Shown: in pieces, positions 42,201 to 57,200 of the stretch | Numbering within the stretch: the stretch's first letter is position 1 | Layout of the letters: each line of letters starts with the position of its first letter | NCBI RefSeq assembly: GCF_009914755.1 | Contig: NC_060927.1 | Direction: 5' to 3' (one strand) | From: the human T2T-CHM13v2.0 reference genome, Homo sapiens | DNA length: 64,000 nucleotides | Notes under the pieces: generated by a model | The model's database searches: none | Told to the model about the DNA's origin: nothing | What the model saw: only the letters and a program-made list of their open reading frames with translations | Translations under genes and position numbers: made by a program

Positions 42201-45200
42201 CTTGCAAATTCCACCAAAAGGGTGTTTCCAATCTGCTCTGTCTAAAGGAAGGTTCAACTCTGTGAGTTGAATACACACACACAAAGAAGCTACTGAGAAT
42301 TCTTTTGTCAAGAATTATAAGAAATCCCGTTTCCAACGAAGGCCTCAAAGAGTTCCAAATATCCACTTGCAGACTGTACAAACTAAGTCTTTCCAAACTG
42401 CTCTATGAAAAAGAAATGTTCAACTCTGTGAGTTTAATGCACACATCACAAAGCAGTTTCTGAGAATGATTCCGTCTAGTTTTTATACGAAGATAGCCTT
42501 TTCTACCATTGGCCTCAAAGCTCTTGAAATCTCCACCTGAAAATTCGGCAAAAAGAGGGTTTCCAATCTGCTCTGTCTAAAGGAAGGTTCAACTCTCTGA
42601 GTTGAATACACACAACCCATAAGAAGTTACTTAGAATTCTTCTGTCTAGAATTATGTGAAGAAATCCCGTTTCCAACGAAAGCCTCAAAGAGGTCCAAAT
42701 ATCCAGTTGCAGAATTACAAACTGAGTGTTTCCAAACTCCTCTATGAAAAGAAAGGTTAAACTCTGTGAGTTGAATGCACATATCACAAAGTAGTTCCTG
42801 AGAATGATTCTCTCTAGTTTTTATACGAACATATTTCCTTTTCCACCACTGGCCTCAAGGTGCTTGAAATCTCCCCTTGCAAATTCCACAAAAAGTGTTT
42901 CAAATCTGCACTGTCTAAAGGAAAGTTCAACCCTGTGAGTTGAATACACACACAAAAAAAAATTCACTGAGAATTCTACTGTCTATCATTACACGAAGAA
43001 ATCCCGTTTACTGCGAATGCCTCAAAGAGGTCCAAATATCCAGTTGCAAACCTTACAAACTGAGTGTTTCCAAAGTGCTCTATGAAAAGAAGTGTTAAAC
43101 ACTGTGAGTTGAACGCACACATCCCAAAGTAGTTTCTGAGAATGATACTGTCTAGTTTTTATACGAAGATATTCCCTTTTGTACCATTGGCCTCATACTG
43201 CTAGAATTTTCCACTTGCAAATTCCACAAAAAGAGTGTTTCCAATCTGCTCTGTCTAAAGGAACGTTCAACTCTGTGAGTTGAGTACACACACACAAAGA
43301 AGCTACTGAGAATTCTTTTGTCAAGAATTATAAGAAGAAATCCCGTTTCCAAAGAAGGCCTCAAAGAGTTCCAAATATCCACTTGCACACTACACAAACT
43401 AAGTCTTTCCAAACTGCTCTAGGAAAAGAAATGTTCAACTCTGTGAGTTTAATACACACATCACAAAGCAGTTTCTGAGAATGATTCCGTCTAGTTTTTA
43501 TACGAAGATAGCCTTTTCTACCATGGGCCTCAAGGCTCTTGAAATCTCCACCTGAAAATTCCGCAAAAAGCGTGTTTTCAATCTGCTCTGTCTAAAGGAA
43601 GGTTCAACTCTCTGAGTTGAATACATACATCCCAAAAGAAGTTACTGAGAATTCTTCTGTCTAGCATTATGTGAAGAAATCCCGTTTCCAACGAAAGCCT
43701 CACAGAGGTCCAAATATCCAGTTGCAGAATTTACAAACTGACTGTTTCCAAACTCATCTATGAAAAGAAAGGTTAAACTCTGTGAGTTGAATGCACATAT
43801 CACAAAGTAGTTCCTGAGAATGATTCTGTCTAGTTTTTATACGAAGATATTTCCTTTTCCACCAATGGCCTCAAAGTGCTTGAAATCTCCCCTTGCAAAT
43901 TCCACAGACAAGTGTTTCAAATCTGCACTGTCTAAAGGAAGGTTCAACCCTGTGAGTTGAATACACACACACAGAAAAAAATTCACTCAGAATTCTATTG
44001 TCTATCATTACACGAAGAAATCCCGTTTACTACGAAGGCCTCAAAGAGGTCCAAATATCCAGCTGCAGACATTACAAACTGAGTGTTTCCAAAGTGCTCT
44101 ATGAAAAGAAGTGTTAAACACTGTGAGTTCAATGCACACATCCCAAAGCAGTTTCTGAGAATGATTCCGTCTATTTTTTCTACGAAGATATTTCCTTTTC
44201 TACCATTGAACTCAAAGCGCTTGAAATCTCCACTTGCAAATTCCACAAAAAGAGAGTTTCAAATCTGCTCTGTCTAAAGGAAAGTTGAACTCTGTGAGTT
44301 GAATACACACCACAAAAAGAAGTTACTGAGAATTCTTCTGTCTAGCATTATATGAAAAATCCCGTTTCCAACGAAGGCCACAAAGAGGTCCAAATATCCA
44401 CTTGCAGATTCTGCAAAAAGAGTGTTTCCAAACTGCTCTATGAAAAGAAACGTTAAACTCTGTGAGTTGAATGCAAACATCACAAAGTAGTTTCTGAGAA
44501 TGACTCCGTCTAGTTTTTATACGAAGATATTTCCTTTTCTACCATTCACTTCAAAGCGCTTGAAGTCTCCCCCTGAAAATTCCACAAAAAGTGTTTCCAA
44601 TCTGCTCCGCCTAAAGGAAGCTTCAACTCTGTGAGTTGAATACCCACAACCCTAAGAAGTTACTGAGAATTCTTCTGTCTAGCATTATATGAAGAAATCC
44701 CGTTTCCAACGAAGGCCTCAAATACATCCAAATATCCAGTTGCTGACTTTACAAACTGAGTGTTTCCAAACTGCTCTATGAAAAGAAAGGTTAAACACTG
44801 TGAGTTGAACACACACGTACCAAAGTAGTTTCTGAGAATGATTCTGTCTAGTTTGCATACGAAGATATTTCCTTTTCTACCATTGGCCTCAAAGCTTTGA
44901 AATCTCCACTTGCAAATTCCACAAAAAGAGAGTTTCAACTCTGCTGTTTCTAAAGGAAAGTTCAACTCTGAGAGTTGAATACACACCAGAAAAAGCAGTT
45001 ACTGAGAAGTCTTCTGTCTAGCAGTATATGAAGAAATCCCATTTCCAACGAAGACTTCAAAGAGGTCCAAATATCCACTTGCAGATTCTGCAAAAAGAGT
45101 GTTTCGAAACAACTGTATGAAAAGAAAGGTTAAACACTGTGAGTTGAACGCACACATTGCAAAGCAGTTTCTGAGAATGATTCCGTCTAATTATTATACG

Positions 45201-48200
45201 AAGGTATTTCCTTTTCTATCATTGGCCTCAAAGCGCTTGATACCTCCACCTGAAAATTCCACAAAAAGAGTGTTTCCAATCTACTCTGTCTAAAGGAACG
45301 TTCAACTCTGTGAGTTGAATACACACACACAGAAAGAATTCACTGAGAATTCTTCTGTCTGGCATTACATGAAGAAATCCCATTTCCAACGAAGGCCTCA
45401 AAGAGGTCCAAATATCCACTTGCAGATTCTGCAAAAAGAGTGTTTCAAAACCGCTCCATTAAAAGGAATGTTGAACTCTGTGAGTTGAATGCAAACATCA
45501 CAACTCAGTTTCTGAGAATGCTTCTGACTAGATTTTATGGTAAGATATTTCCTTTTCTACCCTAGGCTTCAAGGCCCTCTAAATACACCCTTGCAAATTC
45601 TACAAAGAGACTGTTTAATAACTGCTCTATAGGAAGAAAGGTTCAACTCTGTGAGTTGAATGCAGAGATCACAACGTGGTTTCTGTGAATGATTCTTTGT
45701 AGTTTTTACATGAAGATATTTCGTTGTCTACCGTAGGCTTCAAAGCACTCAAAGTATTCACTTGGAACTTTTACAAAAAGAGTGTTAGAAAACTGCTCTT
45801 TCCAAAGTAAGGTTCAACTCTGTGAGTTGAATGCACACATAACAAACAAGAAGTTTCTGAGAATTCTTCTGTCCTGGTTTATATAAAGAAATCCCGTTTC
45901 CAACGAAGGCCTCAAAGACGTTTAAATATCCACTTGCAGACTTCACAAACAGAGTGTTTCCAAACTGCTCTATGAAAAGAAAGGGTAAACACTGTGAGTT
46001 GAACGCACACATCACAAAGTAGTTTCTGAGAATGATACTGTCTAGTTTTTATACGAAGATATTTCCTTTTGTACCATTGGCCTCAAATCGCTAGAATTCT
46101 CCACTTGCAAATTCCACAAAAAGAGTGTTTCCAATCTGCTCTGTCTAAAGGAAGGTTCAACTCTGTGAGTTGAATACACACACACACAAAGAAGCTACTG
46201 AGAATTCTTTTGTCAAGAATTATAAGAAGAAATCCCATTTCCAACGAAGGTCTCAAAAAGTTCCAAATATCCACTTGCAGAGTGTACAAACTAAGTCTTT
46301 CCAAACTGCTCTATGAAAAGAAATGTTCAGCTCTGTGAGTTTAATGCACACATCACAAAGCAGTTTCTGAGAATGATTCCGTCTAGTTTTTATACGAACA
46401 TAGCCTTTTCTACCATTGGCCTCAAAGCTCTTGAAATCTCCACCTGAAAATTCTGCAAAAAGCGTGTTTCCAATCTGCTCTGTCTAAAGGAAGGTTCAAC
46501 TCTCTGAGTTAAATACACACAACCCATAAGAAGTTACTGAGAATTCTTCTGTCTAGCATTATGTGAAGAAATCCCGTTTCCAACGAAAGCCTCAAAGAGG
46601 TCCAAATATCCAGTTGCAGAATTTACAAACTGACTGTTTCCAAACTCATCTATGAAAAGAAAGGTTAAACTGTGAGTTGAATGCACGTATCACAAAGTAG
46701 TTCCTGAGAATGATTCTGTCTAGTTTTTATACGAAGATATTTCCTTTTCCACCACTGCCCTCAAGGTGCTTGAAATCTCCCCTTGCAAATTCCACAAAAG
46801 TGTTTCAAATCTGCACTGTCTAAGGGAAGGTTCAACCCTGTGAGTTGAATACACACACAAAAAAAAAAATTCACTGAGAATACTACTGTCTATCATTACA
46901 CGAAGAAATCCCGTTTACCACAAATGCATCAAAGAGGTCCAAATATCCAGTTGCAGACAATACAAACTGAGTGTTTCCAAAGTGCTCTATGAAAAGAAGT
47001 GTTAAACACTGTGAGTTCAATGCACACATCACAAAACAGTTTCTGAGAATGATTCCATCTATTTTTTCTACGAAGATATTCCCTTTTCTACCGTTGGCCT
47101 CAAAGCACTTGAATTCTCCACTTGCAAATACCACAAAAAGAGAGTTTCAAATCTGCTCTGTCTAAAGGAAGGTTCAACTCTGTGAGTTGAATACAAACCA
47201 GAAAAAGCAGTTACTGAGAATTCTTCTGTCCAGCATTATATGAAGAAATCCCGTTTCCAACGAAGACTTCAAAGAAGTCCAAAAAAATATCCACTTGAAG
47301 ATTCTGCAAAAAGAGTGTTTCGAAACAACTGTATGAAAAGAAAGTTAAACTCTGTGAGTTCAACGCACACATTGCAAAGCAGTTTCTGAGAATGATTCCG
47401 TCTAATTATTATACGAAGGTATTTCCTTTTCTATCATTGGCCTCAAAGCGCTTGATATCTCCACCTGAAAATTCCACAAAAAGAGTGTTTCCAATCTACT
47501 CTGTCTAAAGGAACGTTCAACTCGGTGAGTTGAATACACACACACAGAAAGAATTCACTGAGAATTCTTCTGTCTGGCATTTACATGAAGAAATCCCGTT
47601 TCCAACGAAGGCCTCAAAGAGGTCCAAATGTCCACTTGCAGATTCTGCAAATAGAGTGTTTCAAAACCGCTCTATTAAAAGGAATGTTGAACTCTGTGAG
47701 TTGAACGCAAACATCACAACTCAGTTTCTGAGAATGCTTCTGTCTAGTTTTTATGGTCAGATATTTCCTTTTCTACCGTAGGCTTCAATGCCCTCTAAAT
47801 ACACCCTTGCAAATTCCACAAAAAGAGTGTTTCATAACTGCTCTATAGAAAGAAAGGTTGAACTCTGTGAGTTGCATGCACAGATCACAACGTGGTTTCT
47901 GCGAATGATTCTTTGTAGTTTTTACATGCAGATATTTCGTTGTCTACCGTAGGCTTCAAAGCACTCAAAGTATGCACTTGGAAGTTTTACAAAAAGAGTG
48001 TTAGAAAACTGCTCTTTCCAAAGTAAGGTTCAACTCTGTGAGTTGAATGCACACATAACAAAGAAGAAGTTTCTGAGAATTCTTCTGTCCTGGTTTATAT
48101 GAAGAAATCCCGTTTCCAACGAAGGCCTCAAAGACGTTCAAATATCCACTTGCAGACTTCATAAACAGAGTGTTTCCAAACTGCTCTATGAAAAGAAAGG

Positions 48201-51200
48201 TTAAACTCTGAGTTGAACACACACATCACAATGTAGTTTCTGAGAATGATACTGTTTAGTTTTTATACGAAGATATTTCCTTTTCTACCATTGACCTCAA
48301 ATCGTAGAATTCTCCACTTGCAAATTCCACCAAAAGGGTGTTTCCAATCTGCTCTGTCTAAAGGAAGGTTCAACTCTGTGAGTTGAATACACACACACAA
48401 AGAAGCTACTGAGAATTCTTTTGTCAAGTATTATAAGAAATCCCGTTTCCAACGAAGGCCTCAAAGAGTTCCAAATATCCACTTGCAGACTGTACAAACT
48501 AAGTCTTTCCAAACTGCTCTATGAAAAAGAAATGTTCAACTCTGTGAGTTTAATGCACACATCACAAAGCAGTTTCTGAGAATGATTCCGTCTAGTTTTT
48601 ATACGAAGATAGCCTTTTCTACCATTGGCCTCAAAGCTCTTGAAATCTCCACCTGAAAATTCGGCAAAAAGAGGGTTTCCAATCTGCTCTGTCTAAAGGA
48701 AGGTTCAACTCTCTGAGTTGAATACACACAACCCATAAGAAGTTACTTAGAATTCTTCTGTCTAGAATTATGTGAAGAAATCCCGTTTCCAACGAAAGCC
48801 TCAAAGAGGTCCAAATATCCAGTTGCAGAATTACAAACTGAGTGTTTCCAAACTCCTCTATGAAAAGAAAGGTTAAACTCTGTGAGTTGAATGCACATAT
48901 CACAAAGTAGTTCCTGAGAATGATTCTGTCTAGTTTTTATACGAACATATTTCCTTTTCCACCACTGGCCTCAAGGTGCTTGAAATCTCCCCTTGCAAAT
49001 TCCACAAAAAGAGTTTCAAATCTGCACTGTCTAAAGGAAAGTTCAACCCTGTGAGTTGAATACACACACAAAAAAAAATTCACTGAGAATTCTACTGTCT
49101 ATCATGACACGAAGAAATCCCGTTTACTGCGAAGGCCTCAAAGAGGTCCAAATATCCAGTTGCAAACCTTACAAACAGAGTGTTTCCAAAGTGCTCTATG
49201 AAAAGAAGTGTTAAACACTGTGAGTTGAACGCACACATCACAAAGTAGTTTCTGAGAATGATACTGTCTAGTTTTCATACGAAGATATTCCCTTTTGTAC
49301 CATTGGCCTCATACTGCTAGAATTTTCCACTTGCAAATTCCACAAAAAGAGTGTTTCCAATCTGCTCTGTCTAAAGGAAGGTTCAACTCTGTGAGTTGAG
49401 TACACACACACAAAGAAGCTACTGAGAATTCTTTTGTCAAGAATTATAAGAAGAAATCCCGTTTCCAACGAAGGCCTCAAAGAGTTCCAAATATCCACTT
49501 GCACACTGCACAAACTAAGTCTTTCCAAACTGCTCTAGGCAAGGAAATGTTCAACTCTGTGAGTTTAATACACACATCACAAAGCAGTTTCTGAGAATGA
49601 TTCCGTCTAGTTTTTATACGAAGATAGCCTTTTCTACCATTGGCCTCAAGGCTCTTGAAATCTCCACCTGAAAATTCCGCAAAAAGCGTGCTTTCAATCT
49701 ATATGTCTAAAGGAAGGTTCAACTCTCTGAGTTGAATACATACATCCCAAAAGAAGTTACTGAGAATTCTTCTGTCTAGCATTATGTGAAGAAATCCCGT
49801 TTCCAATGAAAGCCTCAAAGAGGTCCAAATATCCAGTTGCAGAATTTACAAACTGACTGTTTCCAAACTCATCTATGAAAAGAAAGGTTAAACTCTGTGA
49901 GTTGAACGCACATATCACAAAGTAGATCCTGAGAATGATTCTGTCTAGTTTTTATACGAAGATATTTCCTTTTCCACCAATGGCCTCAAAGTGCTTGAAA
50001 TCTCCCCTTGCAAATTCCACAGACAAGTGTTTCAAATCTGCACTGTCTAAAGGAAGGTTCAACCCTGTGAGTTGAATACACACACACAGAAAAAAATTCA
50101 CTGAGAATTCTATTGTCTATCATTACACGAAGAAATCCCGTTTACTACGAAGGCCTCAAAGAGGTCCAAATATCCAGCTGCAGACATTACAAACTGAGTG
50201 TTTCCAAAGTGCTCTATGAAAAGAAGTGTTAAACACTGTGAGTTCAATGCACACATCACAAAGCAGTTTCTGAGAATGATTCCGTCTATTTTTTCTACGA
50301 AGATATTTCCTTTTCTACCGTTGGCCTCAAAGCGCTTGAAATCTCCACTTGCAAATTCCACAAAAAGAGAGTTTCAAATCTGCTCTGTCTAAAGGAAGGT
50401 TCAACTCTGTGAGTTGAATACACACCACAAAAAGAAGTTACTGAGAATTCTTCTGTCTAGCATTATATGAAAAATCCTGTTTCCAACGAAGACTTCAAAG
50501 AAGTCCAAAAAAATATCCTCTTGAAGATTCTGCAAAAAGAGTGTTTCGAAACAACTGTATGAAAAGAAAGCTAAACTCTGTGAGTTCAACGCACACATTG
50601 CAAAGCAGTTTCTGAGAATGATTCCGTCTAATTATTATACGAAGGTATTTCCTTTTCTATCATTGGCCTCAAAGCGCTTGATATCTCCACCTGAAAATTC
50701 CACAAAAAGAGTGTTTCCAATCTACTCTGTCTAAAGGAACGTTCAACTCGGTGAGTTGAATACACACACACAGAAAGAATTCACTGAGAATTCTTCTGTC
50801 TGGCATTTACATGAAGAAATCCCGTTTCCAACGAAGGCCTCAAAGAGGTCCAAATGTCCACTTGCAGATTCTGCAAATAGAGTGTTTCAAAACCGCTCTA
50901 TTAAAAGGAATGTTGAACTCTGTGAGTGGAACGCAAACATCACAACTCAGTTTCTGAGAATGCTTCTGTCTAGTTTTTATGGTCAGATATTTCCTTTTCT
51001 ACCGTAGGCTTCAGTGCCCTCTAAATACACCCTTGCAAATTCCACAAAGAGAGTGTTTCATAACTGCTCTATAGAAAGAAAGGTTGAACTCTGTGAGTTG
51101 AATGCACAGATCACAACGTGGTTTCTGCGAATGATTCTTTGTAGTTTTTACATGCAGATATTTCGTTGTCTACCGTAGGCTTCAAAGCACTCAAAGTATG

Positions 51201-54200
51201 CACTTGGAAGTTTTACAAAAAGAGTGTTAGAAAACTGCTCTTTCCAAAGTAAGGTTCAACTCTGTGAGTTGAATGCACACATAACAAAGAAGAAGTTTCT
51301 GAGAATTCTTCTGTCCTGGTTTATATGAAGAAATCCCGTTTCCAACGAAGGCCTCAAAGACGTTCAAATATCCACTTGCAGACTTCATAAACAGAGTGTT
51401 TCCAAACTGCTCTATGAAAAGAAAGGTTAAACTCTGAGTTGAACACACACATCACAATATATTTTCTGAGAATGATACTGTTTAGTTTTTATACGAAGAT
51501 ATTTCCTTTTCTACCATTGACCTCAAATCGTAGAATTCTCCACTTGCAAATTCCACCAAAAGGGTGTTTCCAATCTGCTCTGTCTAAAGGAAGGTTCAAC
51601 TCTGTGAGTTGAATACACACACACAAAGAAGCTACTGAGAATTATTTTGTCAAGAATTATAAGAAATCCCGTTTCCAACGAAGGCCTCAAAGAGTTCCAA
51701 ATATCCACTTGCAGACTGTACAAACTAAGTCTTTCCAAACTGCTCTATGAAAAAGAAATGTTCAACTCTGTGAGTTTAATGCACACATCACAAAGCAGTT
51801 TCTGAGAATGATTCCGTCTAGTTTTTATACGAAGATAGCCTTTTCTACCATTGGCCTCAAAGCTCTTGAAATCTCCACCTGAAAATTCGGCAAAAAGAGG
51901 GTTTCCAATCTGCTCTGTCTAAAGGAAGGTTCAACTCTCTGAGTTGAATACACACAACCCATAAGAAGTTACTTAGAATTCTTCTGTCTAGAATTATGTG
52001 AAGAAATCCCGTTTCCAACGAAAGCCTCAAAGAGGTCCAAATATCCAGTTGCAGAATTACAAACTGAGTGTTTCCAAACTCCTCTATGAAAAGAAAGGTT
52101 AAACTCTGTGAGTTGAATGCACATATCACAAAGTAGTTCCTGAGAATGATTCTGTCTAGTTTTTATACGAACATATTTCCTTTTCCACCACTGGCCTCAA
52201 GGTGCTTGAAATCTCCCCTTGCAAATTCCACAAAAAGTGTTTCAAATCTGCACTGTCTAAAGGAAAGTTCAACCCTGTGAGTTGAATACACACACAAAAA
52301 AAAAATTCACTGAGAATTCTACTGTCTATCATGACACGAAGAAATCCCGTTTACTGCGAAGGCCTCAAAGAGGTCCAAATATCCAGTTGCAAACCTTACA
52401 AACAGAGTGTTTCCAAAGTGCTCTATGAAAAGAAGTGTTAAACACTGTGAGTTGAACGCACACATCCCAAAGTAGTTTCTGAGAATGATACTGTCTAGTT
52501 TTCATACGAAGATATTCCCTTTTGTACCATTGGCCTCATACTGCTAGAATTTTCCACTTGCAAATTCCACAAAAAGAGTGTTTCCAATCTGCTCTGTCTA
52601 AAGGAAGGTTCAACTCTGTGAGTTGAGTACACACACACAAAGAAGCTACTGAGAATTCTTTTGTCAAGAATTATAAGAAGAAATCCCGTTTCCAACGAAG
52701 GCCTCAAAGAGTTCCAAATATCCACTTGCACACTGCACAAACTAAGTCTTTACAAACTGCTCTAGGCAAGGAAATGTTCAACTCTGTGAGTTTAATACAC
52801 ACATCACAAAGCAGTTTCTGAGAATGATTCCGTCTAGTTTTTATACGAAGATAGCCTTTTCTACCATTGGCCTCAAGGCTCTTGAAATCTCCACCTGAAA
52901 ATTCCGCAAAAAGCGTGCTTTCAAACTATATGTCTAAAGGAAGGATCAACTCTCTGAGTTGAACACATACATCCCAAAAGAAGTTACTGAGAATTCTTCT
53001 GTCTAGCATTATGTGAAGAAATCCCGTTTCCAACGAAAGCCTCAAAGAGGTCCAAATATCCAGTTGCAGAATTTAGAAACTGACTGTTTCCAAACTCATC
53101 TATGAAAAGAAAGGTTAAACTCTGTGAGTTGAACGCACATATCACAAAGTAGATCCTGAGAATGATTCTGTCTAGTTTTTATACGAAGATATTTCCTTTT
53201 CCACCAATGGCCTCAAAGTGCTTGAAATCTCCCCTTGCAAATTCCACAGAAAAGTGTTTCAAATCTGCACTGTCTAAAGGAAGGTTCAACCCTGTGAGTT
53301 GAATACACACACACAGAAAAAAATTCACTGAGAATTCTATTGTCTATCATTACACGAAGAAATCCCGTTTACTACGAAGGCCTCAAAGAGGTCCAAATAT
53401 CCAGCTGCAGACATTACAAACTGAGTGTTTCCAAAGTGCTCTATGAAAAGAAGTGTTAAACACTGTGAGTTCAATGCACACATCCCAAAGCAGTTTCTGA
53501 GAATGATTCCATCTATTTCTTCTACGAAGATATTTCCTTTTCTACCGTTGGCCTCAAAGCGCTTGAAATCTCCACTTGCAAATTCCACAAAAAGAGAGTT
53601 TCAAATCTGCTCTGTCTAAAGGAAGGTTCAACTCTGTGAGTTGAATACACACCACAAAAAGAAGTTACTGAGAATTCTTCTGTCTAGCATTATATGAAAA
53701 ATCCCGTTTCCAACGAAGGCCACAAAGAGGTCCAAATATCCACTTGCAGATTCTGCAAAAAGAGTGTTTCCAAACTGCTCTATGAAAAGAAACGTTAAAC
53801 TCTGTGAGTTGAACGCAAACATCACAAAGTAGTTTCTAAGAATGACTCCGTCTAGTTTTTATACGAAGATATTTCCTTTTCTACCATTCACTTCAAAGCA
53901 CTTGAAGTCTCCCCCTGAAAATTCCACAAAAAGTGTTTCCAATCTGCTCCGCCTAAAGGAAGCTTCAACTCTGTGAGTTGAATACCCACAACCCAAAGAA
54001 GTTACTGAGAATTCTTCTGTCTAGCATTATATGAAGAAATCCCGTTTCCAACGAAGGCCTCAAATACATCCAAATATCCAGTTGCTGACTTTACAAACTG
54101 AGTGTTTCCAAACTGCTCTATGAAAAGAAAGGTTAAACACTGTGAGTTGAACACACACGTACCAAAGTAGTTTCTGAGAATGATTCTGTCTAGTTTGCAT

Positions 54201-57200
54201 ACGAAGATATTTCCTTTTCTACCATTGGCCTCAAAGCTCTGAAATCTCCACTTGCAAATTCCACAAAAAGAGAGTTTCAAATCTGCTGTTTCTAAAGGAA
54301 AGTTCAACTCTGAGAGTTGAATACACACCAGAAAAAGCAGTTACTGAGAAGTCTTCTCTCTAGCATTGTATGAAGAAATCCCATTTCCAACGAAGACTTC
54401 AAAGAGGTCCAAATATCCACTTGCAGATTCTGCAAAAAGAGTGTTTCGAAACAACTGTATGAAAAGAAAGGTTAAACACTGTGAGTTGAACGCACACATT
54501 GCAAAGCAGTTTCTGAGAATGATTCCGTCTAATTATTATACGAAGCTATTTCCTTTTCTATCATTGGCCTCAAAGCGCTTGATACCTCCACCTGAAAATT
54601 CCACAAAAAGAGTGTTTCCAATCTACTCTGTCTAAAGGAACGTTCAACTCTGTGAGTTGAATACACACACACAGAAAGAATTCACTGAGAATTCTTCTGT
54701 CTGGCATTACATGAAGAAATCCCGTTTCCAACGAAGGCCTCAAAGAGGTCCAAATATCCACTTGCAGATTCTGCAAAAAGAGTGTTTCAAAACCGCTCCA
54801 TTAAAAGGAATGTTGAACTCTGTGAGTTGAATGCAAACATCACAACTCAGTTTCTGAGAATGCTTCTGAGTAGATTTTATGGTAAGATATTTCCTTTTCT
54901 ACCGTAGGCTTCAATGCCCTCTAAATACACCCTTGCAAATTCTACAAAGAGACTGTTTCATAGCTGCTCTATAGGAAGAAAGGTTCAACTCTGTGAGTTG
55001 AATGCAGAGATCACAACGTGGTTTCTGCGAATGATTCTTTGTAGTTTTTACATGAAGATATTTCGTTGTCTACCATAGGCTTCAAAGCACTCAAAGTATT
55101 CACTTGGAAATTTTACAAAAACAGTGTTAGAAAACTGCTCTTTCCAAAGTAAGGTTCAACTCTGTGAGTTGAATGCACACATAACAAACAAGAAGTTTCT
55201 GAGAATTCTTCTGTCCTGGTTTATATGAAGAAATCCCGTTTCCAACGAAGGCCTCAAAGACGTTTAAATATCCACTTGCAGACTTCACAAACAGAGTGTT
55301 TCCAAACTGCTCCATGAAAAGAAAGGGTAAACACTGTGAGTTGAACGCACACATCACAAAGTAGTTTCTGAGAATGATACTGTCTAGTTTTTATACGAAG
55401 ATATTTCCTTTTGTACCACTGGCCTCAAATCGCTAGAATTCTCCACTTGCAAATTCCGCAAAAAGAGTGTTTCCAATCTGCTCTGTCTAAAGGAAGGTTC
55501 AACTCTGTGAGTTGAATACACACACACACAAAGAAGCTACTGAGAATTCTTTTGTCAAGAATTATAAGAAATCCCGTTTCCAACGAAGGCCTCAAAGAGT
55601 TCGAAATATCCACTTGCAGACTGTACAAACTAAGTCTTTCCAAACTGCTCTATGAAAAAGAAATGTTCAACTCTGTGAGTTTAATGCACACATCACAAAG
55701 CAGTTTCTGAGAATGATTCCGTCTACTTTTTATACGAAGATAGCCTTTTCTACCATTGGCCTCAAAGCTCTTGAAATCTCCACCTGAAAATTCGGCAAAT
55801 AGAGGGTTTCCAATCTGCTCTGTCTAAAGGAAGGTTCAACTCTCTGAGTTGAATACACACAACCCATAAGAAGTTACTTAGAATTCTTCTGTCTAGAATT
55901 ATGTGAAGAAATCCCGTTTCCAACGAAAGCCTCAAAGAGGTCCAAATATCCAGTTGTAGAATTACAAACTGAGTGTTTCCAAACTCCTCTATGAAAAGAA
56001 AGGTTAAACTGTGTGAGTTGAATGCACATATCACAAAGTAGTTCCTGAGAATGAATCTGTCTGGTTTTTATACGAACATATTTCCTTTTCCACCACTGCC
56101 CTCAAGGTGCTTGAAATCTCCCCTTGCAAATTCCACAAAAGTGTTTCAAATCTGCACTGTCTAAAGGAAGGTTCAAACCTGTGAGTTGAATACACACACA
56201 CAAAAAAAATTCACTGAGAATTCTACTGTCTATCATTACACGAAGAAATCCCGTTTACTACGAATGCCTCAAAGAGGTCCAAATATCCAGTTGGAGACAA
56301 TACAAACTGAGTGTTTCCAAAGAGCTCTATGAAAAGAAGTGTTAAACACTGTGAGTTCAATGCACACATCACAAAGCAGTTTCTGAGAATGATTCCGTCT
56401 ATTTTTTCTACGAAGATATTTCCTTTTCTACCGTTGGCCTCAAAGCACTTGAATTCTCCACTTGCAAATACCACAAAAAGAGAGTTTCAAATCTGCTCTG
56501 TCTAAAGGAAGGTTCAACTCTGTGAGTTGAATACACACCAGAAAAAGCAGTTACTGAGAATTCTTCTGTCCAGCATTATATGAAGAAATCCTTTTTCCAA
56601 CAAAGACTTCAAAGAAGTCCAAAAAAATATCCACTTGAAGATTCTGCAAAAAGATTGTTTCGAAACAACTGTATGAAAAGAAAGTTAAACTCTGTGAGTT
56701 CAACGCACACATTGCAAAGCAGTTTCTGAGAATGATTCCGTCTAATTATTATACGAAGGTATTTCCTTTTCTATCATTGGCCTCAAAGCGCTTGATATCT
56801 CCACCTGAAAATTCCACAAAAAGAGTGTTTCCAATCTACTCTGTCTAAAGGAACGTTCAACTCTGTGAGTCGAATACACACACAAAGAAAGAATTCACTG
56901 AGAATTCTTCTGTCTGGCATTTACATGAAGAAATCCCGTTTCCAACGAAGGCCTCAAAGAGGTCCAAATATCCACTTGCAGATTCTGCAAATAGAGTGTT
57001 TCAAAACCGCTCTATTAAAAGGAATGTTGAACTCTGTGAGTTGAACGCAAACATCACAACTCAGTTTCTGAGAATGCTTCTGTCTAGTTTTTATGGTCAG
57101 ATATTTCCTTTTCTACCGTAGGCTTCAATGCCCTCTAAATACACCCTTGCAAATTCTACAAAGAGAGTGTTTCATAACTGCTCTATAGAAAGAAAGGTTG

